From a virus, in IMG/VR virus record IMGVR_UViG_3300037804_000222, positions 1-64,000 of that record: 64,000 bases of DNA. One strand, given 5' to 3'. How positions within the stretch are numbered: the stretch's first letter is position 1; every line of letters starts with the position of its first letter. The position numbers were made by a program, and so were the translations under genes. Below, one piece after another: positions 48,407-58,002 of this stretch. The notes beneath the pieces are model-generated. The model did no database searches, had not been told where the DNA came from, and saw nothing but the letters and a program-made list of their open reading frames with translations.

Positions 48407-49118
48407 TAACGTAGTCTTCACGGAAGACGGACATACGTACACTGTAGATGGTAAGCCTGCAACGTCAGTAACTACATTTATAGGAAAATTCAAAAAACCA
48501 TTCGAAAGAGATTTTTGGGCAACCAGATCTGCGAAGAAAGAGAACAAGACACTACAAGAGATTTTAGATAAGTGGGATTCAATTAGTTTGCGAGCATGCA
48601 ATAAAGGAAGTAAGTTTCACGCATTTGCTGAAAATTACATTAATAATAAGATTCTCCCTAATATAATATATGACTTTGATTTAGATAAAGAAGCGTATGA
48701 CAAAATTGAATCCCATTTTTTAAAATTCTATGAAAACTCTAAAGAAAATCTTATACCTATTCGCTCTGAGCTTTGCGTTGGTTCTAGCCAGCTTGGAATT
48801 TGCGGTATGGTTGATCAGTTATATTATTCAGAGCCTCTTGGAGGGCTGGTTATATTTGATTGGAAAACCAATAAAAGATTAGAGTACGAAAGTAAATTTA
48901 ACAATTGGATGTTAGATCCAATATCCCACCTCCCTGAATGTGAGTTCACAACCTACTCACTACAACTATCCCTTTATAAGTATATTATAGAGCTTGAAAC
49001 AAAGCTTGAGATAAAAGACTGTTATATTGTATGGTTTAACGAGAAGAATGATTCTTATCGATTAATACAATGTGCGGATTATAAAAAAGAAATTATTAAT
49101 ATGTTGAATTATAATTAA
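48378..49118 (+). CDS. PD-(D/E)XK exonuclease
   Basis: H.Y, SVTT, G..FH..E, G.VD, DWKTN and YSLQLSLY motifs. Confidence 0.8.
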   Translation: MIFKELNKFNNVVFTEDGHTYTVDGKPATSVTTFIGKFKKPFERDFWATRSAKKENKTLQEILDKWDSISLRACNKGSKFHAFAENYINNKILPNIIYDFDLDKEAYDKIESHFLKFYENSKENLIPIRSELCVGSSQLGICGMVDQLYYSEPLGGLVIFDWKTNKRLEYESKFNNWMLDPISHLPECEFTTYSLQLSLYKYIIELETKLEIKDCYIVWFNEKNDSYRLIQCADYKKEIINMLNYN

Positions 49119-49134
49119 TTTTATTATATATTTG
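49103..49134 (+). promoter_or_regulatory. Bacteroidota sigma-A type promoter (probable leaderless mRNA)
   Basis: GTTG-N20-TATATTTG, 4 nt upstream of ATG 49139. Confidence 0.55.
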
Positions 49135-49138
49135 TGAC

Positions 49139-49432
49139 ATGAATGATTTTGAAAAAACTATAAGAGAATATTTTAGCCTCCCTATGGAGGGTAAATTATG
49201 TGAGGAATGCATGAAGAAGTATATGGCGAAATACAGAATCGACGATTTACTTCGACTGAATGCCCAGGCACAAATGCAACTAGGTACTGATGCCACTGCT
49301 GAAGATAAGCAGAAGGCTTTAGATACAGCTAGATATGTAAAAGCTTCTATTATGAAGTACGACAAAACTAGGGCAGAAAACATGTTTCCAGAAATAAATT
49401 TATCTGAAGATGGTAATACCTTTAAAAGCTAA
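49139..49432 (+). CDS. Hypothetical protein
   Basis: 97 aa. Confidence 0.6.
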   Translation: MNDFEKTIREYFSLPMEGKLCEECMKKYMAKYRIDDLLRLNAQAQMQLGTDATAEDKQKALDTARYVKASIMKYDKTRAENMFPEINLSEDGNTFKS

Positions 49433-49757
49433 CATAGCACAATCTTTTAAGGCGTATCTTCAAATTCTTAATCCTGTATTAAAACTTAAGGATAAAGAAA
49501 TTGAGGTGCTATCTAGTTTTTTATCTATATGGTATATCAATAGAGATAAGAAAAATTTAGATAAACTTTTATTTTCCACCCCTGTTAGAAAGATGATTAG
49601 GAAATCTATAAAGATGTCCGAGGCTTCATTTAATAATCATATTACAATGCTTAGAAAAAAGAAAATGATTATTGATAAGAAGTTAAACTCTAATATTCTA
49701 AACGGGATAAAAGACCAAGGAATCGAAGTAACATACAAAATAGAGTGGACAAACTAA
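49410..49757 (+). CDS. Winged-HTH DNA-binding protein
   Basis: L..KEIEVL, R..IRK.I.MSEASFNN.I..LRKK. Confidence 0.5.
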   Translation: MVIPLKANIAQSFKAYLQILNPVLKLKDKEIEVLSSFLSIWYINRDKKNLDKLLFSTPVRKMIRKSIKMSEASFNNHITMLRKKKMIIDKKLNSNILNGIKDQGIEVTYKIEWTN

Positions 49758-49954
49758 TAAAGCAGTTAGCTAAAAAATATAAACTTAGCGAGTTTAAAAC
49801 GGAGCTTATAGTAAAATCCCAATTCGGACTTCTTAAAGAAGTTATAGAGGATGGGGATTTTGAATCTACTCGATTAAAACATTTAGGAATGTTTACAGTG
49901 AAAAAGAATAGATTTAAATATTATAAAAATGGCAGAAGAGAAAAAGAAAATTGA
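49745..49954 (+). CDS. HU/IHF-like DNA-binding protein
   Basis: LIKQLAKK...GD.ES.RLKHLGMF.VK. Confidence 0.7.
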   Translation: MDKLIKQLAKKYKLSEFKTELIVKSQFGLLKEVIEDGDFESTRLKHLGMFTVKKNRFKYYKNGRREKEN

Positions 49955-50189
49955 AACTCCTTCCCCACAAGTAGATAAAAGATCTGCTGTAGATAAAGTG
50001 GGAGAGATTTTTAATGGGTGGAAGAATGTAGTATTCCCAAACGAACATGTAGAGAAAATCGCAAAAGCTAGAGCATCTATATGCGGAGGTTGCGAGTTTA
50101 ACGTAAAAAGTAGATGTACAAAATGCGGATGCCCGCTGGTTGCTAAAACAAGATCAATGCAATCGCACTGTCCGATTAAAAAATGGTAA
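49929..50189 (+). CDS. Cys-rich Zn-binding hypothetical protein
   Basis: R..IC..C, C.KCGC, K.R....CP..KW. Confidence 0.6.
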   Translation: MAEEKKKIETPSPQVDKRSAVDKVGEIFNGWKNVVFPNEHVEKIAKARASICGGCEFNVKSRCTKCGCPLVAKTRSMQSHCPIKKW

Positions 50190-50551
50190 TGATGAAAAAC
50201 ACAATTAGTTACGAACCTTTAGGAAACCACATTGTAGTGGAAATGCCTAACGTGGAGAAAGAAACAGCATCAGGGATTATTAAATCTGATTTGATGTTAA
50301 AAGAAGAGGCTGATAAAAGAGATGGACATGCTAAAGTGGTGGCCGTTAGTCAGGATGTTAAAACTGTTAAAGTTGGAGACACTGTTATACCAAAAGGCCA
50401 AGGATTTATGGTTATGGTAGAAGATACAGAGTATTTTCAAATGAATATGTTTGATGTGCTAGGTATTATAAGAACTCCGAATTTAGAATTCAGATCTAAT
50501 ATAACACTAGGGTCTGATATAGATCTAAACGATAACAACGCGCATGCCTAA
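50183..50551 (+). CDS. groES: GroES-like co-chaperonin
   Basis: PLGNHIVV, TASGII, VVAV...V..VKVGD.V. Confidence 0.85.
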   Translation: MVMMKNTISYEPLGNHIVVEMPNVEKETASGIIKSDLMLKEEADKRDGHAKVVAVSQDVKTVKVGDTVIPKGQGFMVMVEDTEYFQMNMFDVLGIIRTPNLEFRSNITLGSDIDLNDNNAHA

Positions 50552-51072
50552 TGATATTAGAAAGCTTTGATACAGATGTAAATTTTTGGAAATTACATCC
50601 CCAGTTAAAGGTTCCTGATTCTTTTGCTTTAATTTATAAAGAAGATAAAAGTAAAGGAAAAAGTAAAAGCTCACAGATAATGTGGGCTATTGCGCTTTTA
50701 GTAGACCCTGATTCTAAATTCTCTAATATCTCGTACAATACGAGAAGAGATATGATTAGTGGAGACTTTCTTAAAGATAAGGAGTTTGATTGGAGTAAGT
50801 ATAAAGAAGCAATAATATTTTATGAGCGCACTCTAGTCACTCCTGCTAAACGCCAACTTATGGTGTGGAATAAAAAGATGGATGAAAAAACACTTTATCT
50901 TGATATTCTTACATACGAGGATAATGCAGATACTATTGAAGGCCTACTTAAAACAAATGTTAAACTATTTGAAGATTACGAACGCCTTCTTAAATTAGTA
51001 GATAAAGAAACTAACGAAGGGGCTACAAAAGGTGGTGCTGAAGAATCTGCTTCAGAAAAAGGATTAATATGA
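50551..51072 (+). CDS. Conserved hypothetical protein upstream of TerL (possible small terminase)
   Basis: Position and ATGA coupling to terL; C-terminal GG..ES. Confidence 0.4.
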   Translation: MILESFDTDVNFWKLHPQLKVPDSFALIYKEDKSKGKSKSSQIMWAIALLVDPDSKFSNISYNTRRDMISGDFLKDKEFDWSKYKEAIIFYERTLVTPAKRQLMVWNKKMDEKTLYLDILTYEDNADTIEGLLKTNVKLFEDYERLLKLVDKETNEGATKGGAEESASEKGLI

Positions 51073-53186
51073 TTATTAATAAGAGTGCGTTTTTACTTAA
51101 TGAGATACCTCAGTTTCATCCTGCCAGTGAAGAATACTTATTATTCTGGCGAGAGGAAAAGAAACGATGTATTGAAGGGTATTGGGTAGGCGGAGTATGG
51201 ATGCCAGGCAATCTCTATTTTTATGTAAATTATTGGACCATTCTTTTAAATAAAACCGCACATTCTAAAACTAAAACCCCAGGTAAACCTTTTCTTAGAG
51301 ATCTTGAGTGGGAGTTCTTTTATAACTGGTGTGAAGCCAGAGGATTCTCAGGGTTCTCAGATGATAAAGAATTTACTTGTAATAGAGAGTTTATAGGAAA
51401 AGATAATTATGTACCCGCTGCAGAATATATGCGTAGGACACACAAAAAGAATTTAGGATGCCCTTTATGGAATAATGAAGCTAAAAACTTTATGATGATG
51501 GGGAGTCGTGGATTTGGTAAATCTTATTCTGTTGCGGGCGGAGTAATTGGACATGAGTTTGTATTTGACGGAATGAAATCATACGATCCAGAGTATATAG
51601 GTAATCCACCATCCACTGAAATTGTGGCGGGAGCAGGAGATGCTAAGTATTCAGGGGATATATTAAAAAAGACACAATTTGGATTGGATAATTTACCTGG
51701 AGGAATTGAGATTGGGAATAAATTTTTTCCTTCACCTTTCTCTAAACAATACGGAGGAAGTTGGTATTCTGGTAAAGAGGTTATTGCAGAATATAAAAAG
51801 AAACTTGGTGGTACCTGGAAAGTTATGGGTAGTAAATCCAAGATTAAACATCGTACTTTTAAGGATAACCCATTTGCTGCCAATGGTACTCGTCCTGCTG
51901 TAATGGTAATGGAGGAGATTGGTATGTTTAACAATCTTCGAGCTTCTCATGAAGCATCTGTAGAATGTATGAAAAACGGGGCCTATAAATTCGGAAGTTG
52001 TATGTATTTGGGTACAGGGGGTGATATGGAAGGTGGAGGTACTGTAGATGCTAGAGATATGTTCTACAACCCTGACGTTTATGATATGATTTCTTTTGAG
52101 GATGTGTGGGAAGATAAAGGAAAGATTTCTTACTTTGTTCCTGCATACTCTGGGCTAAACCAGTTTAAAGATGAAAATGGAAACACATTAGAAGAGCCTG
52201 CTAAGAAATATCTAGATGAATTTAGAGAGAAATTAAAGAAAAGTAAAAACTCTAGAAGCGCTTTAGATGCTGAATTGCAGAATAGACCGCTTGTACCTTC
52301 TGAAGTATTCCTTACTCGTACAGGTAACTTATTTCCTGTAGCAGATTTACTTACAAGATTAGCAGAGCTAGAAGTATCGAATAAAGAGAGGAATCACGAT
52401 TATGTAGGAGATCTTTACGTAGATTCCACTAGTAATAAAATTAAGTGGAAACCAAATGCTAAACTAACTCCGATTACAGATTTTCCTTTAAGAGGAAGTG
52501 ATGATTTATCAGGGTGTGTAGTTATATATGAAATGCCTTATGAAGATTCTGATGGAAATACTCCGTATGGCATGTATCTTGCAGGTACCGATCCTTATGA
52601 CCATGACGATTCTACTACCTCTTCATTAGGATCAACTATTATTTTAAATAAACTTACAAATAGAGTTGTAGCAGAATATACTGGAAGACCAGATACTGCC
52701 AATCAATACTATGAAAAAGTAAGACGATTATTACATTTTTATAATGCTAAGTGTTTATACGAGAACGAACGTAAAGGAATGTATCAATATTTAGAGTATA
52801 AAAATCAAACTCATCTTTTACTTGATCAGCCAGAGATCATAAAAGATGTTGTTCAAAATAGTAGAGTGAATAGAGGGAAGGGGATGCATATGTCTAAACC
52901 TCTAAAGGACTATGGAGAAGAACTTATCAAAATGTGGTTATTAGAACCTTATGAAACCGAAGGCTTACTTAATTTACATAAAATACGAAGTATCCCTTTA
53001 CTCAAAGAACTTATAGCTTATAATGATATAGGAAACTTTGATAGAGTGATGGCATTTATGATGGTTGTATACCATCTTCAAGAAGTAAGAAAAATAAAAG
53101 TGGATAAAGAAAAGAAAGTAACAACAATATATGATCAAGGATTTTGGAATAAGTCACTTTTTTCCAGAAAGAAAAAAATGTTTTAG
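51069..53186 (+). CDS. terL: Terminase large subunit
   Basis: G.LYFYVN, SRGFGKS (Walker A), MEEIG (Walker B), GTGG, GTDPYD, YENE and NFDRVMA; no intron or intein visible. Confidence 0.92.
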   Translation: MIINKSAFLLNEIPQFHPASEEYLLFWREEKKRCIEGYWVGGVWMPGNLYFYVNYWTILLNKTAHSKTKTPGKPFLRDLEWEFFYNWCEARGFSGFSDDKEFTCNREFIGKDNYVPAAEYMRRTHKKNLGCPLWNNEAKNFMMMGSRGFGKSYSVAGGVIGHEFVFDGMKSYDPEYIGNPPSTEIVAGAGDAKYSGDILKKTQFGLDNLPGGIEIGNKFFPSPFSKQYGGSWYSGKEVIAEYKKKLGGTWKVMGSKSKIKHRTFKDNPFAANGTRPAVMVMEEIGMFNNLRASHEASVECMKNGAYKFGSCMYLGTGGDMEGGGTVDARDMFYNPDVYDMISFEDVWEDKGKISYFVPAYSGLNQFKDENGNTLEEPAKKYLDEFREKLKKSKNSRSALDAELQNRPLVPSEVFLTRTGNLFPVADLLTRLAELEVSNKERNHDYVGDLYVDSTSNKIKWKPNAKLTPITDFPLRGSDDLSGCVVIYEMPYEDSDGNTPYGMYLAGTDPYDHDDSTTSSLGSTIILNKLTNRVVAEYTGRPDTANQYYEKVRRLLHFYNAKCLYENERKGMYQYLEYKNQTHLLLDQPEIIKDVVQNSRVNRGKGMHMSKPLKDYGEELIKMWLLEPYETEGLLNLHKIRSIPLLKELIAYNDIGNFDRVMAFMMVVYHLQEVRKIKVDKEKKVTTIYDQGFWNKSLFSRKKKMF

Positions 53187-53259
53187 CTATAAAAGTTAAA
53201 ACTTAAAATATAATTTAGTACATTATTACTTGGACATACAAATTAAATTACTATTTTTG
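53181..53259 (+). promoter_or_regulatory. Late promoter: upstream TTTTAGCTATAAAA box plus CTTG-N19-TATTTTTG
   Basis: Same architecture is repeated at 56700-56779. Confidence 0.65.
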
Positions 53260-53293
53260 TTCTTTAATTCGCGAATTTTAAAAAAACAATAAT

Positions 53294-53701
53294 ATGGCAA
53301 CAGTAAATGTAACACTGTCTCTTTCTAGTACAGACTTATTTGCAAAGCAAAATGTAAGTTTTACAGAAACAGACGCACTTTCTCCTGCAGGAGATCAAAT
53401 GCTTGTAGGCCGACTGGTAACTACAGGCTCAGGAACAGAAGATAATATAGCACTAAAAGCTCTAGATGGAACAAATGATCGGGCTTATGTATTCTTACAT
53501 AATTTAAGTAGTACTTCTGGTGAATATGTTAAGATTGGATTATGCGCAGCTCATGGTACAGACTCAGCATCAGGTGACTGGTTTGCAGTTTTAGGGCCTG
53601 GCGAATTCCTGTTTTTACCTACAGGAGATATGCAGGATATAGATATTGAGGCAGCGGCAGGAAACCCTGTAGTAGAATATATCTTGATGGAAAAAGCATA
53701 A
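53294..53701 (+). CDS. Small beta-rich structural protein (paralogue 1)
   Basis: AYV..HN, FAVLGPGEFLFLP. Confidence 0.55.
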   Translation: MATVNVTLSLSSTDLFAKQNVSFTETDALSPAGDQMLVGRLVTTGSGTEDNIALKALDGTNDRAYVFLHNLSSTSGEYVKIGLCAAHGTDSASGDWFAVLGPGEFLFLPTGDMQDIDIEAAAGNPVVEYILMEKA

Positions 53702-53721
53702 TTTATAAAATAATATAAGAC

Positions 53722-54111
53722 ATGGCAAACGCAACTTTAAACGTAACTTTTAGCATTTCCAGTACGGATTTATTTGATACTCTCAATATATCAAAGACTG
53801 TGACAGATGCTCTAACAATAGACGGTGATAACCGACAAGGTTTAACAACTTTATTAACCAGTACTTCGTATGATGATATTAATGTTAACGCATTAGGAGG
53901 ATCAACAGGTGGTGGTAAAAAAGCATATGTATATGCTAAAAATATTGATTCCACTGATGATTTAATCTTTGCAGATGATGGTTCACAGGTATTTGCAAGA
54001 TTATCTCCAGGAGAATTTCTTTTTTACCCAACGGCAGATAATACACAGATTCAAGTTAAATCTTCAGCAAATACTCCTACAGTAGAATTTTTACTACTAG
54101 AAGTAGACTAA
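53722..54111 (+). CDS. Small beta-rich structural protein (paralogue 2)
   Basis: AYV..KN, FARLSPGEFLFYP. Confidence 0.55.
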   Translation: MANATLNVTFSISSTDLFDTLNISKTVTDALTIDGDNRQGLTTLLTSTSYDDINVNALGGSTGGGKKAYVYAKNIDSTDDLIFADDGSQVFARLSPGEFLFYPTADNTQIQVKSSANTPTVEFLLLEVD

Positions 54112-54120
54112 AAATAATTT

Positions 54121-56526
54121 ATGGCTTACATAGATTTCCCTAGACAAAAACTGAGTCGTAGGAAAAAGACTCAGAAATGGGGAGAAGAGTGCATAGAATC
54201 TGCATTAGGCTTAATTGGAATATACGATAATACAAGACGTAGTCCGCGACATAAAAAGAAGCGGAACTACGATTTGTATAATGGTAAATTCGATAAAAAG
54301 GATCTAGAATATGTTACAGATCCTTTAGGCTTAGGTGGAACTGCAGAACTTCCCGCTACTTTACAGTATTATGATGTAGCATCTCCTATCTTTAATCTCT
54401 TATTAGGAGAAGAAACTAAACGTGCTTTCAGTTATGTAGTACGTTCAGTTAATGAGGAGGCTATATCCAGTAAAGAAGAGGAGAAGAAATCTCAAGTATT
54501 AAGTTATTTTCAAAACTTAATGCAACAATCTGTGCAGCAATTTATGCAAACTCAGGAACAACCTCAAAGTCCTGAAGAGCAACAACAGTTAATGCAACAG
54601 GCGCAAGAGAATATTCCTGAAGAGCTTAAAAGAATTCAAAAATATTTTGATTATGATTTTCAAGATATGAATGAATCTGTAGCTCATAAACTACTTACAT
54701 ACTTTGAAAGGCAGCAAAAATTAAAAACTAAATTTAATAAAGGGTGGGAAGACGCTTTATTAGCTGGAGAAGAAATTTACTGTATAGAAGAAATTTCAAA
54801 TGAACCAGTGGTAAGGAATGTAAACCCTTTAGAGTTTTACTGCCTTCTTCCACACAATTCAGATTTAGTAGATCATGCCGATGTAATAGTTGAAGACACT
54901 TGGATGTCTGTAAATACTATTATAGATAATTTCTATGAGGATCTAACTCCTAAACAAATAGACAAATTAGAAAAAGAGCAGGGAAATAGAGCTTCTATGG
55001 AAAGCGAGAGTCTATTGAACTACCCATCCCAAGAAAAACTGTTTATTCAAAATAGAGAGGAAGAGGATGGGAATCTTTTTAATTACTACGATCAAGATGG
55101 AAATATCCGAGTTACTAAAGTAGTTTGGAAGTCTATGCGTAAGATAGGGAAGCTTTCTTACATAGATGAATTAGGAACTCCTCAAGAAACTATTGTTCCT
55201 GAAGGGTATAAAATAGACGAAGAAGTAAATGAGTCTATTGAATGGATCTGGGTAAATGAGTATTGGGAAGGTACTAAAATAGGAGATAATATTTATATAA
55301 ATATACGCCCTAGAAAAAATCAGTTTAGACATTTAGATAATTTATCTATATGTAGTTCTGGTTATGTGGGTACAATATACAATGCTAATAATTCACAATC
55401 TGTTTCTTTAATGGATAGATTAGTTCCGTGGATTTATTTGTATATAACAATGTGGTATAGACTTGAATTATCTATTGCAGCTAATCAAGGTAAAATCGCA
55501 CTTATTGATTTATCACTAGTTCCCGATGGATGGGAAGTAGAAAAGTGGATGTACTATGCACAATCAATGAAATTTGGTTTTGTAGACTCATTTAATGAAG
55601 GTAAGAAAGGACAATCCACTGGTAAATTAGCAGGTAATATATCTACGCAAAATAAAGTGCTAGATATGGAAACTGGTAATTATATCCAACAACATGTACA
55701 ATTATTAGATTTTGTAGAACAAAAGATTCATAGTTTATCTGGAGTTACTCCTCAGAGAATGGGAGCAATCTCTACTTCTGAATTAGTGGGTAATACTCAA
55801 AGAGCAGTGGTACAGTCTTCACATATTACTGAGAAACTATTTGAAGTTCATAATGAAACTAAAATTAGAGTTATGGAGTCCTTATTAAATGTCTCTAAAG
55901 AGCTTTATAAAGGAAAAACAAAAAGATTCCAATATATAACAGATGAATTAGCAAGTGTTGTATTTGCTGTTCAAGGCGATCAAATTGCTGCTTCTGAATA
56001 TGGATTATTTGTATCCAACTCTGCACAAGATACTCAAGCATTAGATGCTTTAAAACAACTTACACATGCAGCTTTACAAAACGATCAAATCTCGCTTTCA
56101 GATGTTATCGGTATTTACAACTCAAATTCTCTCGCAGATACAAGAGTTAAACTTAAACAATCCGAAAAAGAAGTTAAAGAAAGAGAATCTCAAATGCAAG
56201 AACAGCAAATGCAAATGCAACAACAACAGTTGCAAGCAGCACAGCAAGACAAAGAAATGCAAATGCAGTTCGAGCTAGAAAAAGAAAATAGAGAAGATGC
56301 TAGAAATACTCAAGACAATCAAACAAAACTAGAGATAGCTCGTATGAATGCTCAAGAGAAAGGTATGGATAGAGATTTAAATAATAATCAAATCCGTGAT
56401 GATATAGATTTAGCTAAATTACAGCTAGAGCGAGAAAAACTACAAGTTAATTCTAATATAAAACAACAAGAGTTAGAAATTAAACGAAAAGATTCAGATG
56501 CCAAAGCCAAGCGAGATAGTAAATAA
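54121..56526 (+). CDS. Portal protein
   Basis: FPRQKL, NYDLYNG, LLGEE.KR, W.NE.WEG.KIG and SGVTPQRMG motifs; Gln-rich C-terminal coil; lies between terL and the capsid gene. Confidence 0.88.
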   Translation: MAYIDFPRQKLSRRKKTQKWGEECIESALGLIGIYDNTRRSPRHKKKRNYDLYNGKFDKKDLEYVTDPLGLGGTAELPATLQYYDVASPIFNLLLGEETKRAFSYVVRSVNEEAISSKEEEKKSQVLSYFQNLMQQSVQQFMQTQEQPQSPEEQQQLMQQAQENIPEELKRIQKYFDYDFQDMNESVAHKLLTYFERQQKLKTKFNKGWEDALLAGEEIYCIEEISNEPVVRNVNPLEFYCLLPHNSDLVDHADVIVEDTWMSVNTIIDNFYEDLTPKQIDKLEKEQGNRASMESESLLNYPSQEKLFIQNREEEDGNLFNYYDQDGNIRVTKVVWKSMRKIGKLSYIDELGTPQETIVPEGYKIDEEVNESIEWIWVNEYWEGTKIGDNIYINIRPRKNQFRHLDNLSICSSGYVGTIYNANNSQSVSLMDRLVPWIYLYITMWYRLELSIAANQGKIALIDLSLVPDGWEVEKWMYYAQSMKFGFVDSFNEGKKGQSTGKLAGNISTQNKVLDMETGNYIQQHVQLLDFVEQKIHSLSGVTPQRMGAISTSELVGNTQRAVVQSSHITEKLFEVHNETKIRVMESLLNVSKELYKGKTKRFQYITDELASVVFAVQGDQIAASEYGLFVSNSAQDTQALDALKQLTHAALQNDQISLSDVIGIYNSNSLADTRVKLKQSEKEVKERESQMQEQQMQMQQQQLQAAQQDKEMQMQFELEKENREDARNTQDNQTKLEIARMNAQEKGMDRDLNNNQIRDDIDLAKLQLEREKLQVNSNIKQQELEIKRKDSDAKAKRDSK

Positions 56527-56527
56527 T

Positions 56528-56677
56528 ATGTTAGGAGAACAATTCAATAAAGCTTTAGAGTTTATTGTTACTCCTCCTGCAGAAAAAATGCCTACTATGT
56601 ATGAAGAGGTAAAACTGAATACACAGAGGGTACAGGAAGAAACCCTAAAAAAGCAACAAGAAAGATTTTTAGGTTAA
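56528..56677 (+). CDS. Small hypothetical protein (49 aa, MLGEQFNK...)
   Basis: ATG 1 nt after the portal stop. Confidence 0.4.
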   Translation: MLGEQFNKALEFIVTPPAEKMPTMYEEVKLNTQRVQEETLKKQQERFLG

Positions 56678-56699
56678 AAATATAATTTAAGAAATTATA

Positions 56700-56779
56700 T
56701 TTTAGCTATAAAATACGAATAATTTTAACAATACCACAGTGACAAGGTATTGCATATTAACTTAAATTAATTATTTTTG
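56700..56779 (+). promoter_or_regulatory. Late promoter: upstream TTTTAGCTATAAAA box plus ATTG-N19-TATTTTTG
   Basis: Matches 53181-53259; sits upstream of the scaffold/capsid operon. Confidence 0.65.
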
Positions 56780-56800
56780 TCACTTAATAAATTAAATTCT

Positions 56801-57955
56801 ATGGCAATAGGAGAAGATAACATTTTAGATGGATTGGATTTAAGTGTGTTAGATAATCTAACCACTACTCCAAAGGAAGAAGAAAAGCAGGAGACTACTC
56901 CTGTAGGTGAGGTAGAAAATGAAGAGCCTGGTATTTTTAATCCTGAATTAAAAATACAAGAGGTTGAAGAATTACCCGAAGCCCAAGAAAAAGAAAAAGT
57001 AGATGTAGAAGAATCTAATGAACCCGAAGCAACAAATACTGAAGAAGATTCAGAGGAGCAAGTTTCAGAAACACCTGAAGCAAGCGAAGCTGAACAAACA
57101 GAAGAAGATGCTTCAGTTCTCCAAGTATTCGCAGAAATACAAAGAGAAAATGGTTTAATAGATTTTAAAGACGATGAATTTGAAAACTCAGAAGAATGGT
57201 TATTATCAAAAGTGCAAGACACTATTAATACCAAGATTGGAGAATATAAAGATTCTATGCCAGAAGAGATAAAATATCTTTTGGAAAATCACGAAGAAGG
57301 CGTTAATATATATGACTTACTTCAGTCAGATGCTCAACAAAGAAGTTATGATTCTATAGATAAAGAAAAATTATCAGATAGTGATTCATTACAAAAGCGG
57401 TTAGTTAAAGATCTATTATTATTAAATGGATTTTCAGAGGCGCAAGTTGAGAAGAAAGTTTCTAGATACGAAGATGCGGGGGTTCTTTTAGAGGAAGCCG
57501 AGGAAGCTTTAAGTACATTACAAGATGCACAAAAGCAACAAAAACAGCATTTAGTTCAGAAACAGAAAGAAGAGCAGAAACAAAGAGTTGAAGCTCATAA
57601 AGTTTGGTTAAATGATTTAAAAACTCATATAACTAAAAAAGAAGAAATTTTACCAGGATTTAATTTAACACCAAAAGATAAAGATTCTTTATATAATGGT
57701 ATTACTAAATTAGATAGACACGGTAAAAATGAAATAATGAGAATGCGGGAAAAAGATCCCGAGTTTGATTTAAAAATTGCATATTTAGCGACAGTCCTAA
57801 AGTGGGATTTTTCAGCGTTTGAGCGTCAGTCAACTACGAAATCAACTCGTAAATTGGCAGATGTAATAAAGAGTACGAAAAAAACTGGTTCCAGACCAAG
57901 TAGAGGTACTTCGAATAATGTTGATTTTGACACTATGCGAAAATCTCTACGATAG
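56801..57955 (+). CDS. Acidic putative capsid scaffolding protein
   Basis: Very acidic N-half and coiled coils; directly upstream of the MCP; ATG 56801 preferred over TTG 56777. Confidence 0.6.
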   Translation: MAIGEDNILDGLDLSVLDNLTTTPKEEEKQETTPVGEVENEEPGIFNPELKIQEVEELPEAQEKEKVDVEESNEPEATNTEEDSEEQVSETPEASEAEQTEEDASVLQVFAEIQRENGLIDFKDDEFENSEEWLLSKVQDTINTKIGEYKDSMPEEIKYLLENHEEGVNIYDLLQSDAQQRSYDSIDKEKLSDSDSLQKRLVKDLLLLNGFSEAQVEKKVSRYEDAGVLLEEAEEALSTLQDAQKQQKQHLVQKQKEEQKQRVEAHKVWLNDLKTHITKKEEILPGFNLTPKDKDSLYNGITKLDRHGKNEIMRMREKDPEFDLKIAYLATVLKWDFSAFERQSTTKSTRKLADVIKSTKKTGSRPSRGTSNNVDFDTMRKSLR

Positions 57956-58002
57956 GGAGCTATTTATTTATAAACAACAAGTAATAATTTAATTAATTAA
58001 AA

